From Gammaproteobacteria bacterium (GTDB taxonomy: Bacteria > Pseudomonadota > Gammaproteobacteria > SURF-13), in NCBI GenBank assembly GCA_039914705.1, contig JBDSOT010000086.1:1-35223 (forward strand): DNA of 35,223 bases, in the 5' to 3' direction. Below, in pieces: positions 17,349 to 28,623 of the stretch (positions within the stretch are counted from its first letter, which is position 1; the number at the start of each line of letters is the position of its first letter). The translations under genes and the position numbers were made by a program. Under the pieces are notes generated by a model, which saw nothing but the letters and a program-made list of their open reading frames with translations, was not told the origin of the DNA and ran no database searches.

Positions 17349-17413
17349 TTTTTTCTCCCCTGATGGTTTATGAAATTAACTCGTGGTTGCGCTAGACACA
17401 TTCGCTGTCGGCT

Positions 17414-17443
17414 TTTATACCAACTGCCTGAAACCCATGTCAA
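17414..17443 (-). promoter_or_regulatory. Candidate sigma70 promoter of hupB-tRNA unit
   Basis: Minus strand TTGACA-N18-TATAAA with TGn extended -10. Confidence 0.6.
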
Positions 17444-17604
17444 GTAAAATGCCGGATGATTTTTATTCTCGCAAACCTTTGCAGGCTTATGTTTCAGTAA
17501 GGACGGGCCTTTACTCTACGTCAATTTGCGCCGCCAGCAGACTCGTAGGTGCGTGTGATCACCGAAATCGTTTGTCGATAAAGCCAATAAAGTCATGGAG
17601 CTGC

Positions 17605-20037
17605 CTAATGAGTCGTCAGTGGATTATCCTGATTTGGCTCAACCGGCTTTTCAAGTTCGCCGTCGCCAATCCCGCCCGTCACCTGCTGAGACTCGGGCTG
17701 TTGCACCAAGGCGATCTGTAACACCTCGTCGATCCATTTAGCCGAGCGGATGTCAAGACTATTGAGAATATTTTTAGGTATCTCGATAAGGTCGCGCCGA
17801 TTCTCATGCGGAATAATGACCGTGGCAATGCCGCCACGATGGGCGGCAAGCAGCTTTTCCTTAAGCCCGCCGATCGGCAAGACTTCGCCACGCAGGGTAA
17901 TTTCCCCGGTCATGGCCACGTCAGCGCGCACCGGAATCCCTGTCAACGCGGATACTAACGCAGTGCACATGCCGACGCCGGCGCTAGGTCCATCTTTAGG
18001 CGTCGCGCCTTCGGGTACGTGAATATGCACATCATGCTTCTGATAAAAATCCGGATTAAGACCCAGCACGGCGGCCCGACTGCGCACCACGCTCATGGCG
18101 GCCTGGATGGATTCCTGCATGACGTCGCCTAGTTGCCCGGTGATCGTCAGCTTGCCCTTACCGGGCACTACAGCGGCCTCAATGGTGAGCAGTTCACCGC
18201 CAACCTCGGTCCAAGCCAGGCCGGTGACCTGACCCACCTGATCGCGCTCCTCGGCACGCCCGTAACGAAAGCGCTGCACACCAAGATATTTTTCCAGCTG
18301 ACGCGGACCGACAACTATTTTCTTTTTACCGGGCTTGAGCAGTATTTCCTTCACGACCTTGCGGCAAATCTTCGAAATTTCGCGCTCGAGATTGCGCACA
18401 CCGGCCTCGCGCGTGTAAAAGCGCACAATATCACGCACCGCACCCTCGGCAATGGAAATCTCCGTCTCCTTCAAACCATTATTAGTGATTTGTTTAGGCA
18501 CCAGATAGCGCATGGCAATGTTAATCTTTTCGTCTTCGGTATAACCCGAGATACGAATAACCTCCATGCGATCCAGCAGCGGGCCAGGAATGTTGAGGGT
18601 ATTTGCCGTGCAGACAAACATCACGCCCGAGAGATCATAGTCCACTTCCAGATAGTGATCGCTAAATGCGTGGTTTTGTTCAGGGTCCAGTACCTCAAGC
18701 AAGGCCGATGAGGGATCACCGCGAAAGTCCATGGCAATCTTATCCACCTCGTCAAGCAGAAATAGTGGGTTGCGCGTGCCGATCTTGGCCATGTTCTGAA
18801 TAATTTTGCCGGGCATCGAGCCGATGTAGGTGCGACGATGGCCGCGAATCTCCGCTTCATCGCGCACACCGCCCAGCGCCATGCGCACAAACTTGCGATT
18901 GGTGGCGCGCGCGATGGATTGACCCAGCGAGGTTTTACCCACACCCGGCGGCCCTACCAGGCACAGCACCGGGCCTTTGAGCTTGTTGACGCGCTGCTGC
19001 ACCGCCAAGTACTCAAGTATGCGTTCCTTAACCTTCTCAAGGCCGTAGTGGTCCGCCTCAAGGATTTGTTCAGCCTTGGCCAGATCACGCAAAACCTTGC
19101 TCTGTTTTTTCCAGGGGACACTCACCACCCAGTCTATATAATTGCGTACTACAGTCGCCTCAGCGGACATCGGCGACATCATCTTGAGCTTGTTCAACTC
19201 TGCGCTTACCTTGGTCTTTGCCTCTTTAGACATGCCCGCCTTTTCGATCTTCTGCGCCAGCTCCTCGACCTCGTTTGGTGCCTCGTCAAGCTCACCAAGC
19301 TCCTTCTGAATGGCCTTCATTTGCTCATTAAGAAAATACTCGCGCTGATTCTTTTCCATCTGGCGTTTGACACGGCCCCGGATGCGCTTCTCTACTTGAA
19401 GCAGGTCGATCTCGGATTCCATGATGCCCATCAAATGTTCAAGACGCGTGCGTACATCATCCATTTCCAGAATGGCCTGCTTTTCGTCAAGCTTTAATGT
19501 CATGTGCGCGGCAACGGTGTCGGCCAGGCGCCCGGGTTCATCAATGCTGGCCAAGGCCGATAGAATTTCCGGCGGGAGTTTTTTATTGAGTTTCACATAC
19601 TGATCGAAATGCGTCAGCACCGATCGTGTCAAGGCCTCGATCTCGCGCTCGTCAACCGGCGTAGGCGTAAAGCTCACGACCTCGGCAGTCAGATAATCCT
19701 GCACGCCGATAAAATTTACGATGCGCGCGCGCTCGGTGCCCTCGACCAGAACCTTAATCGTTCCATCGGGCAGCTTGAGCAATTGCAAAATACTGGAGAG
19801 GGTGCCCACGCGATAGATATCATCGACTTGTGGATCGTCAAGAGCCGCGCTCTTTTGCGAGACCAGAAGAATTTGTTTATTGCCCTCCATGGCGGCTTCC
19901 AGAGCCTTGATGGATTTTTCGCGGCCGACAAACAGCGGAATAACCATATGTGGATAGACAACCACATCGCGCAGCGGCAGTACCGGCGTCAACATCAGCT
20001 GGTCGTCTCGTACATCAGGTATATTTTCTGGGTCCAT
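17605..20037 (-). CDS. lon: Lon protease (endopeptidase La)
   Basis: [36 protein letters not shown] (catalytic Ser), [13 protein letters not shown]. Confidence 0.99.
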   Translation of the reverse strand: MDPENIPDVRDDQLMLTPVLPLRDVVVYPHMVIPLFVGREKSIKALEAAMEGNKQILLVSQKSAALDDPQVDDIYRVGTLSSILQLLKLPDGTIKVLVEGTERARIVNFIGVQDYLTAEVVSFTPTPVDEREIEALTRSVLTHFDQYVKLNKKLPPEILSALASIDEPGRLADTVAAHMTLKLDEKQAILEMDDVRTRLEHLMGIMESEIDLLQVEKRIRGRVKRQMEKNQREYFLNEQMKAIQKELGELDEAPNEVEELAQKIEKAGMSKEAKTKVSAELNKLKMMSPMSAEATVVRNYIDWVVSVPWKKQSKVLRDLAKAEQILEADHYGLEKVKERILEYLAVQQRVNKLKGPVLCLVGPPGVGKTSLGQSIARATNRKFVRMALGGVRDEAEIRGHRRTYIGSMPGKIIQNMAKIGTRNPLFLLDEVDKIAMDFRGDPSSALLEVLDPEQNHAFSDHYLEVDYDLSGVMFVCTANTLNIPGPLLDRMEVIRISGYTEDEKINIAMRYLVPKQITNNGLKETEISIAEGAVRDIVRFYTREAGVRNLEREISKICRKVVKEILLKPGKKKIVVGPRQLEKYLGVQRFRYGRAEERDQVGQVTGLAWTEVGGELLTIEAAVVPGKGKLTITGQLGDVMQESIQAAMSVVRSRAAVLGLNPDFYQKHDVHIHVPEGATPKDGPSAGVGMCTALVSALTGIPVRADVAMTGEITLRGEVLPIGGLKEKLLAAHRGGIATVIIPHENRRDLIEIPKNILNSLDIRSAKWIDEVLQIALVQQPESQQVTGGIGDGELEKPVEPNQDNPLTTH

Positions 20038-20100
20038 TAGGCATCTCTAGTTCGAAGGTTAATGAGTCCACAGGATAATCATTGGACTAGTCCTGCCTCA

Positions 20101-20130
20101 TACATGGGGATGCACGTTATGTAAATCAAG
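20101..20130 (-). promoter_or_regulatory. Sigma32 (RpoH) heat-shock promoter of lon
   Basis: Minus strand CTTGAT-N15-CCCCATGTA, matching the CTTGAA...CCCCATNTA consensus. Confidence 0.75.
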
Positions 20131-20195
20131 AAACCCCGATGAGAATACTCAGGGTCATGCTAGAGTCATGCCAGAATAACGGTGGTAATGTAAGA

Positions 20196-21476
20196 CTAAT
20201 CCGACGCGACGCGCTGCTGATCGCCGCCCTCGAAGATCATCAGCGGTTCGGATTGCCCGTTGATAACTCCGGCATCCACCACCACCTTGCTCACATTCGA
20301 CATGGACGGAAGATCGTACATGGTGTCGAGCAATACCCGCTCCAGAATCGAGCGCAGGCCGCGTGCGCCGGTCTTGCGTTCCATTGCCTTGTGCGCAACC
20401 GCACGCAGGGCATCGTCACGGAATTCAATACCGCTGCCTTCCATCTCGAACAATTTAGTGTATTGCTTGGTGATGGCATTCTTGGGTTCAGTGAGGATGC
20501 GCATCAAGGCCTCTTCATCGAGTTCGTCCAGCGTTGCAATGACCGGCAAGCGGCCCACGAACTCGGGTATCAAGCCATACTTGATAAGATCTTCCGGCTC
20601 GACCGTGTGCAGTATTTCGTTTGCGCTTTTTTTGTCGGTCTTGCTCTTGATCTCGGCGGAGAAACCAATACCGCCCTTTTCCGAACGGTCGCGGATGATT
20701 TTGTCCAGACCGGAAAACGCACCACCGCAGATGAATAGCATATTGCGCGTATTGACCTGCAAAAATTCCTGCTGTGGATGCTTACGCCCACCTTGCGGAG
20801 GCACCGAGGCGATCGTGCCTTCAATGAGTTTGAGCAGTGCCTGCTGCACGCCTTCACCGGACACATCGCGCGTGATGGACGGGTTATCGGACTTGCGCGA
20901 GATCTTATCGATTTCATCAATATAGATAATGCCGGTCTGGGCCTTTTCAACGTCGTATTCGGCCTTTTGCAACAGTTTTTGGATGATGTTCTCGACGTCC
21001 TCGCCGACATATCCAGCCTCGGTCAGCGTGGTCGCATCGGCAATCGTGAACGGCACATTGAGCAGGCGCGCGAGCGTTTCAGCGAGCAGCGTCTTGCCGG
21101 AACCTGTGGGGCCGATCAGCAGGATGTTGCTCTTGGAAAGCTCGACATCGTCCTTTTTCTGCGAGACTTCGAGGCGTTTGTAGTGATTGTAAACGGCGAC
21201 TGCCAGCACCTTCTTCGCGCCGGTCTGGCCGATAACGTATTCTCCGAGGATCTGCTTGATCTCGTGCGGTGTGGGCACCTTGTTGCCCTTGGCCGAGGCG
21301 TATTTCTCATGCACCTCTTCGCGGATGATGTCATTGCAAAGCTCGACGCACTCATCGCAGACATAAACGGAAGGGCCGGCAATCAGTTTACGTACCTCAT
21401 GCTGGCTCTTTCCGCAAAAGGAGCAGTAGAGCAACTTGTCGCTACCGTCACCCTTGCCGTGCTTATCGTCAATCAT
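20196..21476 (-). CDS. clpX: ATP-dependent Clp protease ATP-binding subunit ClpX
   Basis: CSFCGK...CDECVELC zinc domain, [15 protein letters not shown] and IGF loops. Confidence 0.99.
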   Translation of the reverse strand: MIDDKHGKGDGSDKLLYCSFCGKSQHEVRKLIAGPSVYVCDECVELCNDIIREEVHEKYASAKGNKVPTPHEIKQILGEYVIGQTGAKKVLAVAVYNHYKRLEVSQKKDDVELSKSNILLIGPTGSGKTLLAETLARLLNVPFTIADATTLTEAGYVGEDVENIIQKLLQKAEYDVEKAQTGIIYIDEIDKISRKSDNPSITRDVSGEGVQQALLKLIEGTIASVPPQGGRKHPQQEFLQVNTRNMLFICGGAFSGLDKIIRDRSEKGGIGFSAEIKSKTDKKSANEILHTVEPEDLIKYGLIPEFVGRLPVIATLDELDEEALMRILTEPKNAITKQYTKLFEMEGSGIEFRDDALRAVAHKAMERKTGARGLRSILERVLLDTMYDLPSMSNVSKVVVDAGVINGQSEPLMIFEGGDQQRVASD

Positions 21477-21557
21477 GGCTTACCTCTTGAGATCCGTAAT
21501 CGTATACTTTACGCAGCGAGCTTAATATGCCGCAATCCAATCTTATGATGCAATCTT

Positions 21558-22199
21558 CTAGCCGACTTTGAGTTGGCGTTCAGTAAGTACGGCATCAATC
21601 AATCCATACTCCACGGCAGCCTGACCACCCATAAAGTTGTCGCGGTCGGTATCGATCTGAATTCTGTCGAGTGCTTGACCCGTGTGTTTTGCCAGTATCT
21701 TGTTCAGGCGTTCGCGCACGGCCAGTATCTCGCGCGCGTGAATATCGATGTCCGTGGCCTGGCCCTGAAAGCCGCCCAGCGGCTGGTGAATCATCAGGCG
21801 TGCATGGGGTAAGCAGTAACGCTTACCAGCCGCGCCGCCCGCGAGCAATAAAGCGCCCATACTGGCCGCCTGGCCCGTGCACATGGTGCTCACATCAGGC
21901 TTGATGAATTGCATGGTGTCGTAGATCGCAAGACCCGCGCTCACCGAGCCGCCCGGCGAATTGATATATAGGTGAATATCCTTGTCGGGATTTTCCGATT
22001 CAAGAAATAATAATTGAGCAACCACCAGGTTGGCCATGTGATCTTCGACCTGGCCGACCATGAAGATCACCCTCTCTTTCAGAAGGCGTGAATAAATATC
22101 ATACGCGCGCTCGCCGCGCGCGGACTGTTCAACCACCATCGGCACTAGGTTAGAACTCATGCCCGCAAATGGCGCGCCGTTGTACTGATTATCTGTCAT
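21558..22199 (-). CDS. clpP: ATP-dependent Clp protease proteolytic subunit
   Basis: [40 protein letters not shown]. Confidence 0.99.
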   Translation of the reverse strand: MTDNQYNGAPFAGMSSNLVPMVVEQSARGERAYDIYSRLLKERVIFMVGQVEDHMANLVVAQLLFLESENPDKDIHLYINSPGGSVSAGLAIYDTMQFIKPDVSTMCTGQAASMGALLLAGGAAGKRYCLPHARLMIHQPLGGFQGQATDIDIHAREILAVRERLNKILAKHTGQALDRIQIDTDRDNFMGGQAAVEYGLIDAVLTERQLKVG

Positions 22200-22215
22200 A
22201 AGATTGATGTTTCCT

Positions 22216-23532
22216 TTAGGCTGCTGCGGATTGCTGAGGGTTCATCAATGCCTCGAAGGTGCTGGTGGTTACGTTTATCTGCGCTTGCCCCAGCACCACA
22301 TCTACCACCTGATCTTCCAGTACCAGAGATTCAATCTGTCCCAATCGCTCGGGTGAACCATAATACCATTTCAGAACTTCCTCAGGATCTTCGTAGGTCG
22401 AGGCAATGCTATTAACCAGCTCACGCACCTTAGCGCCATCGACCTTGGTGCCGTTGGTCTTTATCAGGTCACCCATCAGCAGGCCCAAGGCCACTCGCCG
22501 ACGCGCGGCAGGCTCGTAGATGGCCCTCTGCGTCGGCAAATCCAGCCCTTTCCTGCCCTGCGCAGTCAGTCTTTCACGGGTTTGCGATAATAATAATTCG
22601 GCCTCTTTATCGACCAGCGCCTTGGGCACATCAATGGGGTTTGCCACCAGCAACGCATCCATCACCTGCTGCTTGAGTTTTTGTTTGATCGCCTGATCCA
22701 GCTCGCGTTCCATATTAGCACGCACCTCGGTGCGCAATTCATCCATATCCCCGGATTCGACACCCAACGTGCGCGCGAATTCCGCATCAACTGCCGGCAA
22801 CTCCGGTTCATACAGTGCGATAATTTTGACTGCGTAGTGAATGGCCTTGCCGGCACGCGCAGGATCGGAGAAATTCGCAGGAAAACTGTGCTCTATATCA
22901 AGCTCTTCGCCTGTTTTAGCGCCGATGAGTTTTTCTTCGATCTCCTTGGGCAGCATACCGTTGCCTAATACCACGGATGTCTGCTGGGAATGTTGTCCCT
23001 TGGCTGGCTCGTCCTCAATGCCCATTTTCAGATCAACCTGCAATTGATCACCCGGGCGTGCCTCGCGCTCTACCGGTGCCCAGGTCTGGCGCTGTTTGCG
23101 CAGCGTTTCGATCATTTTGTCCACGTCCGGCTTCGTGATCTGCGCGCTCGGCTTGTCGAAGGTCAAGGCATCTAAAGGGGCCAGTGCAATATCCGGATAA
23201 ACCTCGAAGGTAGCGGTGTAACCCAGTCCTTTGTCGGGTTGTTCGTACAGGGTTTCAATTTTTGGACCGCCCGCAGGACGCAGCTTCTCCTGACTAACCG
23301 CGTCTTGGTAGCTGTCGCGAATCATGTCGCCGAGTACCTCCAGGCGCACCTTACCCGCATATTTACGCTCAAGCACGGTAAAGGGCACCTTGCCAGGACG
23401 GAAACCCGGCAGCTTGGCCTTGCCGGCCAGGGATTTGAGGCGGACTTTAACCTCCTGCTCAATATGCTCCGCAGGGACTTCAACGGTCATGCGGCGCTCC
23501 AGGCCGGTGGTGGTTTCAACTGAGACGTGCAT
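22216..23532 (-). CDS. tig: Trigger factor
   Basis: GFRPGKVP ribosome-binding motif, FEVYP; tig-clpP-clpX-lon-hupB order. Confidence 0.97.
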   Translation of the reverse strand: MHVSVETTTGLERRMTVEVPAEHIEQEVKVRLKSLAGKAKLPGFRPGKVPFTVLERKYAGKVRLEVLGDMIRDSYQDAVSQEKLRPAGGPKIETLYEQPDKGLGYTATFEVYPDIALAPLDALTFDKPSAQITKPDVDKMIETLRKQRQTWAPVEREARPGDQLQVDLKMGIEDEPAKGQHSQQTSVVLGNGMLPKEIEEKLIGAKTGEELDIEHSFPANFSDPARAGKAIHYAVKIIALYEPELPAVDAEFARTLGVESGDMDELRTEVRANMERELDQAIKQKLKQQVMDALLVANPIDVPKALVDKEAELLLSQTRERLTAQGRKGLDLPTQRAIYEPAARRRVALGLLMGDLIKTNGTKVDGAKVRELVNSIASTYEDPEEVLKWYYGSPERLGQIESLVLEDQVVDVVLGQAQINVTTSTFEALMNPQQSAAA

Positions 23533-23600
23533 CGTGTTTCCTCTTCGACTTGATAGGCCTGGCGGCCGTTGTTAGCGCGGGCAGGTAAAACTCAAAATAA

Positions 23601-23685
23601 TGGTGCGAAAGGAGAGACTCGAACTCTCAAGGGTTGCCCCACTGGCACCTAAAACCAGCGCGTCTACCGATTTCGCCACTTTCGC
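23601..23685 (-). tRNA. tRNA-Leu(TAG)
   Basis: GCGAAAGTGGCGAAATCGGTAGACGCGCTGGTTTTAGGTGCCAGTGGGGCAACCCTTGAGAGTTCGAGTCTCTCCTTTCGCACCA, 85 nt with long variable arm. Confidence 0.97.
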
Positions 23686-23845
23686 AAATTGTGAATTCGT
23701 TCACACTGCCAAGGCAGAGCACCCTGCCTTACGCGGCACCGAAGACAGTTTGGATATTGTACAGGCTTGACGGCACGCACAAAAGCGCGGGTATGAAATA
23801 CGTGACTGCGCGCGCGAAAAACTCCAGCGCAGACTTCAGGAAAAT

Positions 23846-25144
23846 TTAATGGTTCGAATCTAACCAGGTCTTCCTGTCGTCCCTGCTATTTAACGCAAGC
23901 CCGCGCGCCAGCCTCGGCAGGTCGCCGGTGATTCCCATGGCGCGACGCATGATCAGGTTCTTGAGCGGTGTGGTGGCATTCGTAACCCGCAGTCCCCAAT
24001 GACGCAATTGGCGCACGGGCGCGTACGGACTGCTAAATAATTGTTTGAGCGTCTCCAGCGCGGCAACCATAGCCATATTATCGCCCTTGCGCCAGCGCTC
24101 GTAGCGACGCAAGGTGCTCACTGCGCCTACATCTGTTTTCTTTGCGGCTGCCTCGCTCAACAACTGCGCCAGCACGGCGGCATCCGCCAAACCCAGATTG
24201 ACACCCTGCCCCGCCATCGGGTGCAGGGTGTGCGCGGCATCACCGATCAGGGCAAGGCGGGCTTGTACATACTGATCCGCGTGAATCAGCCGCAACGGGA
24301 AGGCTGCGCGCGGACCCACACTTTCGATACCTCCCAAACCTTTATCCGGGTCTGCCAAGTCTTGCTGCAAGCCGAGGGCGTTTTGTAATTCGGCTCTGAA
24401 ATGTGTGTCATCCAGGCTCAAAAGATGCGCGGCACGTTCCGGCGGAAGCGACCAGACAATTGACGTGTAATTATCCGTGAGTGGCAAAAAGGCCAGCGGG
24501 CCATCCGGCAGGAAGCGTTGCCAGGCCGTCTGCCGGTGAGATCGTGTGGTCTTGACGGATGCCACAATAGCGGTCTGCCGGTAATCACGGCCGTGCGTAG
24601 TAATCCCAGCCAGTTCGCGTATCAGGGAATCGGGGCCGTCCGCGCCGACCAGCAGACGCGCCCGTAGCTGTTGATTGTCCTCGGTATGTACGCTGATGTA
24701 TTCATTGCAGCGATCAATAGCGGTGATACGTGTCGAATTCAGCCACTCGATATTGGAAAATTCTTGGCAGCGCGCGTACAAGGCCATCTGGATAACGCGG
24801 TTTTCGACAATATAACCCAGTGTATCGGCACCCACATCGGCGCTGTCAAAGTGAATCGCACCGGGGCTGTTTGCGTCCCAGACATGCATCTCACGAAAGG
24901 GGCTGACGCGCTCCGCAACCATGCGTTGCCAGACGCCCAGGGTCTCGAAGATGCGCATGGAGCCGAGGGTAATGGCGCTTACGCGCAGGTCGCGGCTATC
25001 CAGGGGCCAGGCGGCGGGCGCTGCGTGGGCCTCGATCACGGCGACACGTAGCGCGCTGTTGCCCAAGGCACACGCCAGCGTGGCACCGGCCATGCCGCCG
25101 CCGGCGACAATCACGTCATAACAGGATTCTGGGCTTGTTATCAT
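23846..25144 (-). CDS. UbiH/UbiF/VisC(UbiI)/COQ6-family FAD-dependent ubiquinone biosynthesis hydroxylase
   Basis: GGGMAG, DLRVSAI, LGYIVEN, LLVGADG, AWQRFLPDGPLAFLPL, GDAAHTLHPMAGQGVNLG, RRYERWR. Subtype not resolvable by eye. Confidence 0.92.
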   Translation of the reverse strand: MITSPESCYDVIVAGGGMAGATLACALGNSALRVAVIEAHAAPAAWPLDSRDLRVSAITLGSMRIFETLGVWQRMVAERVSPFREMHVWDANSPGAIHFDSADVGADTLGYIVENRVIQMALYARCQEFSNIEWLNSTRITAIDRCNEYISVHTEDNQQLRARLLVGADGPDSLIRELAGITTHGRDYRQTAIVASVKTTRSHRQTAWQRFLPDGPLAFLPLTDNYTSIVWSLPPERAAHLLSLDDTHFRAELQNALGLQQDLADPDKGLGGIESVGPRAAFPLRLIHADQYVQARLALIGDAAHTLHPMAGQGVNLGLADAAVLAQLLSEAAAKKTDVGAVSTLRRYERWRKGDNMAMVAALETLKQLFSSPYAPVRQLRHWGLRVTNATTPLKNLIMRRAMGITGDLPRLARGLALNSRDDRKTWLDSNH

Positions 25145-25365
25145 CGCAAGGCTTAAGTCGCTCGTGGCAGGTTAAAGGGGCAGGCGCTAACTGGAAATTA
25201 TGCATCAGCGGTATTCTTGTATGGTGGAGTTTGCCCCGCACCCGCGTCAAGAAACTTATGCCTGCCGCGCGCGCTGCATGGCCCGCTGTTGCGCTGGCTG
25301 TTGTGCTGTTAGCGGGCAGTCATTAGACTTGCCGACATTCAAGCCGCCATGCTAGCGAAACCTTC

Positions 25366-26514
25366 ATGCCTGTTACCATCCCCGCCGATTCCGTCGGTCT
25401 GACCACCGCACAGACCCAGGTCTTCACCGAGCCGCTGGCGCTAGAGTGCGGGCGCAGCCTGGCATCCTACGAACTCATTTATGAGACCTACGGGACGCTG
25501 AATGCCGAGCGCAGCAACGCTATTTTGCTGTGCCATGCCTTGAGCGGCGATCATCATGCAGCGGGCTATCGGGGCCTTGAGGATAAAAAGCCGGGCTGGT
25601 GGGATGCCTGCGTCGGGCCGGGCAAGCCTATCGATTCGAACCGTTTTTTCATCGTGTGCCTGAACAATCTCGGCGGTTGCAACGGCTCGACGGGGCCGAC
25701 CTCCATCAACCCGGACACCAGCAAACCGTACGGCCCGGATTTTCCCGTGGTCACGGTCAAGGATTGGGTCAACAGTCAGGCGCGCCTCGCCGCGACCTTG
25801 GGAATAGAACAATGGGCCGCGGTCATCGGCGGTAGCCTGGGCGGCATGCAGGCCCTGCAATGGGCTATCGATTATCCGGACGCCCTGCGCCATGCGATCG
25901 TGATTGCCGCCGCCTCGAAGCTGTCTGCGCAGAATATCGCCTTTAACGAAGTCGCCCGCCAGGCGATCATGTCAGACCCGGAGTTTTTTGCCGGGCGTTA
26001 TTACGAACACGGCGTGGTGCCACGGCGCGGACTCATGCTGGCGCGCATGCTCGGCCATATCACCTATCTTTCCGACGATGCGATGGGCGCAAAGTTCGGC
26101 CGCGAACTGCGCGAGGACAAGCTGAATTTCAGCTTCGATGTGGAATTCCAGGTGCAGAGTTATCTGCGTCATCAGGGCCAGGCATTTGTAGAACGCTTTG
26201 ACGCCAACACCTATTTATTAATGACCAAGGTCCTGGATTACTTTGACCCGGCGAGCGGCCACAATCACGATCTATCCGCCGCGTTTCAACCGGTCAAGGC
26301 GCGCTTTTTGGTGATGTCCTTCACCAGCGATTGGCGTTTCTCCCCGGCGCGCTCGCACGAAATCGTCAAGGCCCTGCAGGACAACGGCCGCGACGTGAGC
26401 TACGCGGAGATCGTGTCGGCGGACGGGCACGATGCCTTCCTGATGCCCATCCCCACCTATATGGAAATCCTGCGCGCGTACCTGCAACGTGTCGCGGACG
26501 AGGTGGGCGCATGA
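25366..26514 (+). CDS. metX: Homoserine O-acyl (succinyl/acetyl) transferase MetX
   Basis: [17 protein letters not shown] nucleophile elbow, RFDANTY, SDWRF, GHDAFL. Confidence 0.96.
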   Translation: MPVTIPADSVGLTTAQTQVFTEPLALECGRSLASYELIYETYGTLNAERSNAILLCHALSGDHHAAGYRGLEDKKPGWWDACVGPGKPIDSNRFFIVCLNNLGGCNGSTGPTSINPDTSKPYGPDFPVVTVKDWVNSQARLAATLGIEQWAAVIGGSLGGMQALQWAIDYPDALRHAIVIAAASKLSAQNIAFNEVARQAIMSDPEFFAGRYYEHGVVPRRGLMLARMLGHITYLSDDAMGAKFGRELREDKLNFSFDVEFQVQSYLRHQGQAFVERFDANTYLLMTKVLDYFDPASGHNHDLSAAFQPVKARFLVMSFTSDWRFSPARSHEIVKALQDNGRDVSYAEIVSADGHDAFLMPIPTYMEILRAYLQRVADEVGA

Positions 26515-27113
26515 GCTTGCGGCCCGATCTCGAGATCATCGGCGAGTGGATCGCGCCGCACAGCCGTGTGCTGGACCTGGGCTGTGGCGATGGCACATTG
26601 CTCAGCCGCCTGCGCGCGACACGCCAGGTGACCGGCTACGGCCTGGAGATCGACAGCGCGAACATCGTCAAGTGCATCAAGGCGGGCGTCAGTGTGATCC
26701 AGACCGACCTCGACGCCGGGCTGTCCGATTTCGACGCCAATTCTTTCGATTACGTGATCATGTCGCAGACCCTGCAGGCCGTGTATTACCCGGAGCGCCT
26801 GCTCGACGAGATGTTGCGCGTGGGCCGTGAGGGCATCGTGACCTTCCCGAATTTCGGGCATTGGCAGTGCCGCCTGCAACTGACCCTGGGCGGGCATATG
26901 CCGGTCTCGCGCACCCTGCCCAGCGAGTGGTATAACACACCCAATATCCACCTGTGCACCTTGCAGGATTTCGAACGGCTGTGCCGTAAAAAAGGCATCG
27001 CGATCCTGGAGCGCACGGTGGTCGATCATGCGCATCGCACCAGTCTGGGTATGCGTCTGTGGCCGAATCTGCTGGGCGAGATCGCCCTCTATCGCTTTCA
27101 ACGTCAGTCCTGA
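26511..27113 (+). CDS. metW: Methionine biosynthesis protein MetW
   Basis: [14 protein letters not shown]...[30 protein letters not shown]; ATGA overlap with the metX stop. Confidence 0.95.
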   Translation: MSLRPDLEIIGEWIAPHSRVLDLGCGDGTLLSRLRATRQVTGYGLEIDSANIVKCIKAGVSVIQTDLDAGLSDFDANSFDYVIMSQTLQAVYYPERLLDEMLRVGREGIVTFPNFGHWQCRLQLTLGGHMPVSRTLPSEWYNTPNIHLCTLQDFERLCRKKGIAILERTVVDHAHRTSLGMRLWPNLLGEIALYRFQRQS

Positions 27114-27124
27114 TAAGGATCAAT

Positions 27125-28609
27125 ATGGCCCTGGAAACCCCGCAAAAATTACTCAAATCGAAGATGTTCTGGGTCGGCATCCTGTACTTCGCGCAAGGCT
27201 TTCCGCTGGGTATTTTTTACGAGATATTTCCCGTGTATTTCCGCCAGCAAGGCGTCGAACTCAAAGACATCGGCCTACTGAGTCTACTCGGCCTGGCCTG
27301 GACGCTGAAATTCCTGTGGGCGCCGGCCGTCGATCATTATCGCCACCACCGGCTGTGGATGTTGACGGCGAATCTGTTGATGGGCTTGGTGATGATATTT
27401 TTCGCGATCACCGCCGGATTCGGCCCCTGGGTGTGGGTCGCCATCGGCTGCTTCACGCTATTTTCCGCCACCAACGATATCGCCATCGACGGCTATACCA
27501 TCGAGTTATTGAAGAAGAACGAGATGGGTTTCGCCAACGGGCTGCGCATCGGGTTTTATCGCGTCGGCATGCTCGCCTCGGGCGTGATTCTGATACTCAG
27601 CGATTATCTGCGCTGGAGCGGCGCGTACATTACGGCGGCCGTGATGCTGGGGCTGGTGGGCTTGGTCTGCCTGACTGCGCCCAGAGAAAAAGATTATGTG
27701 CGGGAAAAGTCCCTGGGCCTGGGGCGCGAACTCAAGGCGCTGTTCCTGCAGCCCACGGCGTTGGGGGCCATTTTGCTCTTTCTACTGGGCTGCGTGTGGC
27801 TGATCAACCGTACCACGAAATGGTCGGAGACGATGCCCAATTTCTGGTGGCTGGCGTTTGGCGTAGCGGCCGTGATTATGGGCATCGGCCTTGTAATCGC
27901 CGCGCGGCGCGCAACACCACCCGCCGAAACCACCCGAATCACGCAGGGTCCGATGTTCGGCACCTTGATGGCTATGCTGCAACGCCCTTATATCATTCCA
28001 GTGATTATCTTCATCCTGATCTTCAAACTGGCCGACAGTTCGATGGGCTTTATGATCAAGCCGTTCTGGGTGGACTCGGGGTTTACCGCGACGCAGATCG
28101 GGCTGGTCTCGGTGAATATTGGTCTGGTGCTGTCCATCGCCGGCGGCATTGCGGGCGGCTGGTTTACCGATAGAGTGGGAATTTTTAAGGCCTTGTGGAT
28201 ATTGGGTCTGCTGCAAGCCGTGTCGAATCTAGGCTATGCCTTCGTCGCCTCGATTATTCCCGAGGCCGCGCCCGGCGCTGCAATTTTATTGGAGCACAAG
28301 CTGCTGATCTACGGCGCAAGCGCCTTGGAGTCGTTCACCGGCGGCCTCGGCACCGCGGCGTTTCTGGCCTTTCTCATGGCCATCGTGAATAAAAAACACT
28401 CGGCCACCGAATACGCGCTGCTGTCCTCAGTCTTTGCCTTGAGCCGTTCATTTGCCGGCTGGGCCGGCGGCTACGGCGCGGATATGATGGGTTATGCGCC
28501 GTATTTCCTGCTCACCTTCTTTCTGGCCTTTCCCGCGTACCTGTTACTGCCCTGGGTTAAAAAGATGCTGAACTATGCAGGTTCGCAAAAAGACTGGGGG
28601 CAGAATTAA
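27125..28609 (+). CDS. AmpG-like MFS transporter
   Basis: LYFAQGFP, LKFLWAPAVD, SATNDIAIDGY, SATEYALLSS; ATG 27125 after AAGGA. Substrate (muropeptide vs siderophore-type) uncertain. Confidence 0.85.
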   Translation: MALETPQKLLKSKMFWVGILYFAQGFPLGIFYEIFPVYFRQQGVELKDIGLLSLLGLAWTLKFLWAPAVDHYRHHRLWMLTANLLMGLVMIFFAITAGFGPWVWVAIGCFTLFSATNDIAIDGYTIELLKKNEMGFANGLRIGFYRVGMLASGVILILSDYLRWSGAYITAAVMLGLVGLVCLTAPREKDYVREKSLGLGRELKALFLQPTALGAILLFLLGCVWLINRTTKWSETMPNFWWLAFGVAAVIMGIGLVIAARRATPPAETTRITQGPMFGTLMAMLQRPYIIPVIIFILIFKLADSSMGFMIKPFWVDSGFTATQIGLVSVNIGLVLSIAGGIAGGWFTDRVGIFKALWILGLLQAVSNLGYAFVASIIPEAAPGAAILLEHKLLIYGASALESFTGGLGTAAFLAFLMAIVNKKHSATEYALLSSVFALSRSFAGWAGGYGADMMGYAPYFLLTFFLAFPAYLLLPWVKKMLNYAGSQKDWGQN

Positions 28610-28623
28610 TTTGCCGCTGATCT

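Noticed and set aside
17605-23575. Long plus-strand ORFs (up to 256 aa) opposite lon, clpX, clpP and tig
   Set aside because: Typical antisense frames of conserved, codon-biased genes; no recognisable motifs.
25145-25365. SAM/SAH riboswitch or methionine-regulator box upstream of metX (e.g. TCAAGAAACTTAT near 25247)
   Set aside because: No SAM-II or SAH core recognised, and the palindrome is too imperfect to call by eye.
27028-28173. 381-aa alternative-frame ORF over the MFS gene
   Set aside because: Arg/Gly-rich off-frame product of GC-rich codons; the MFS frame carries the family motifs.
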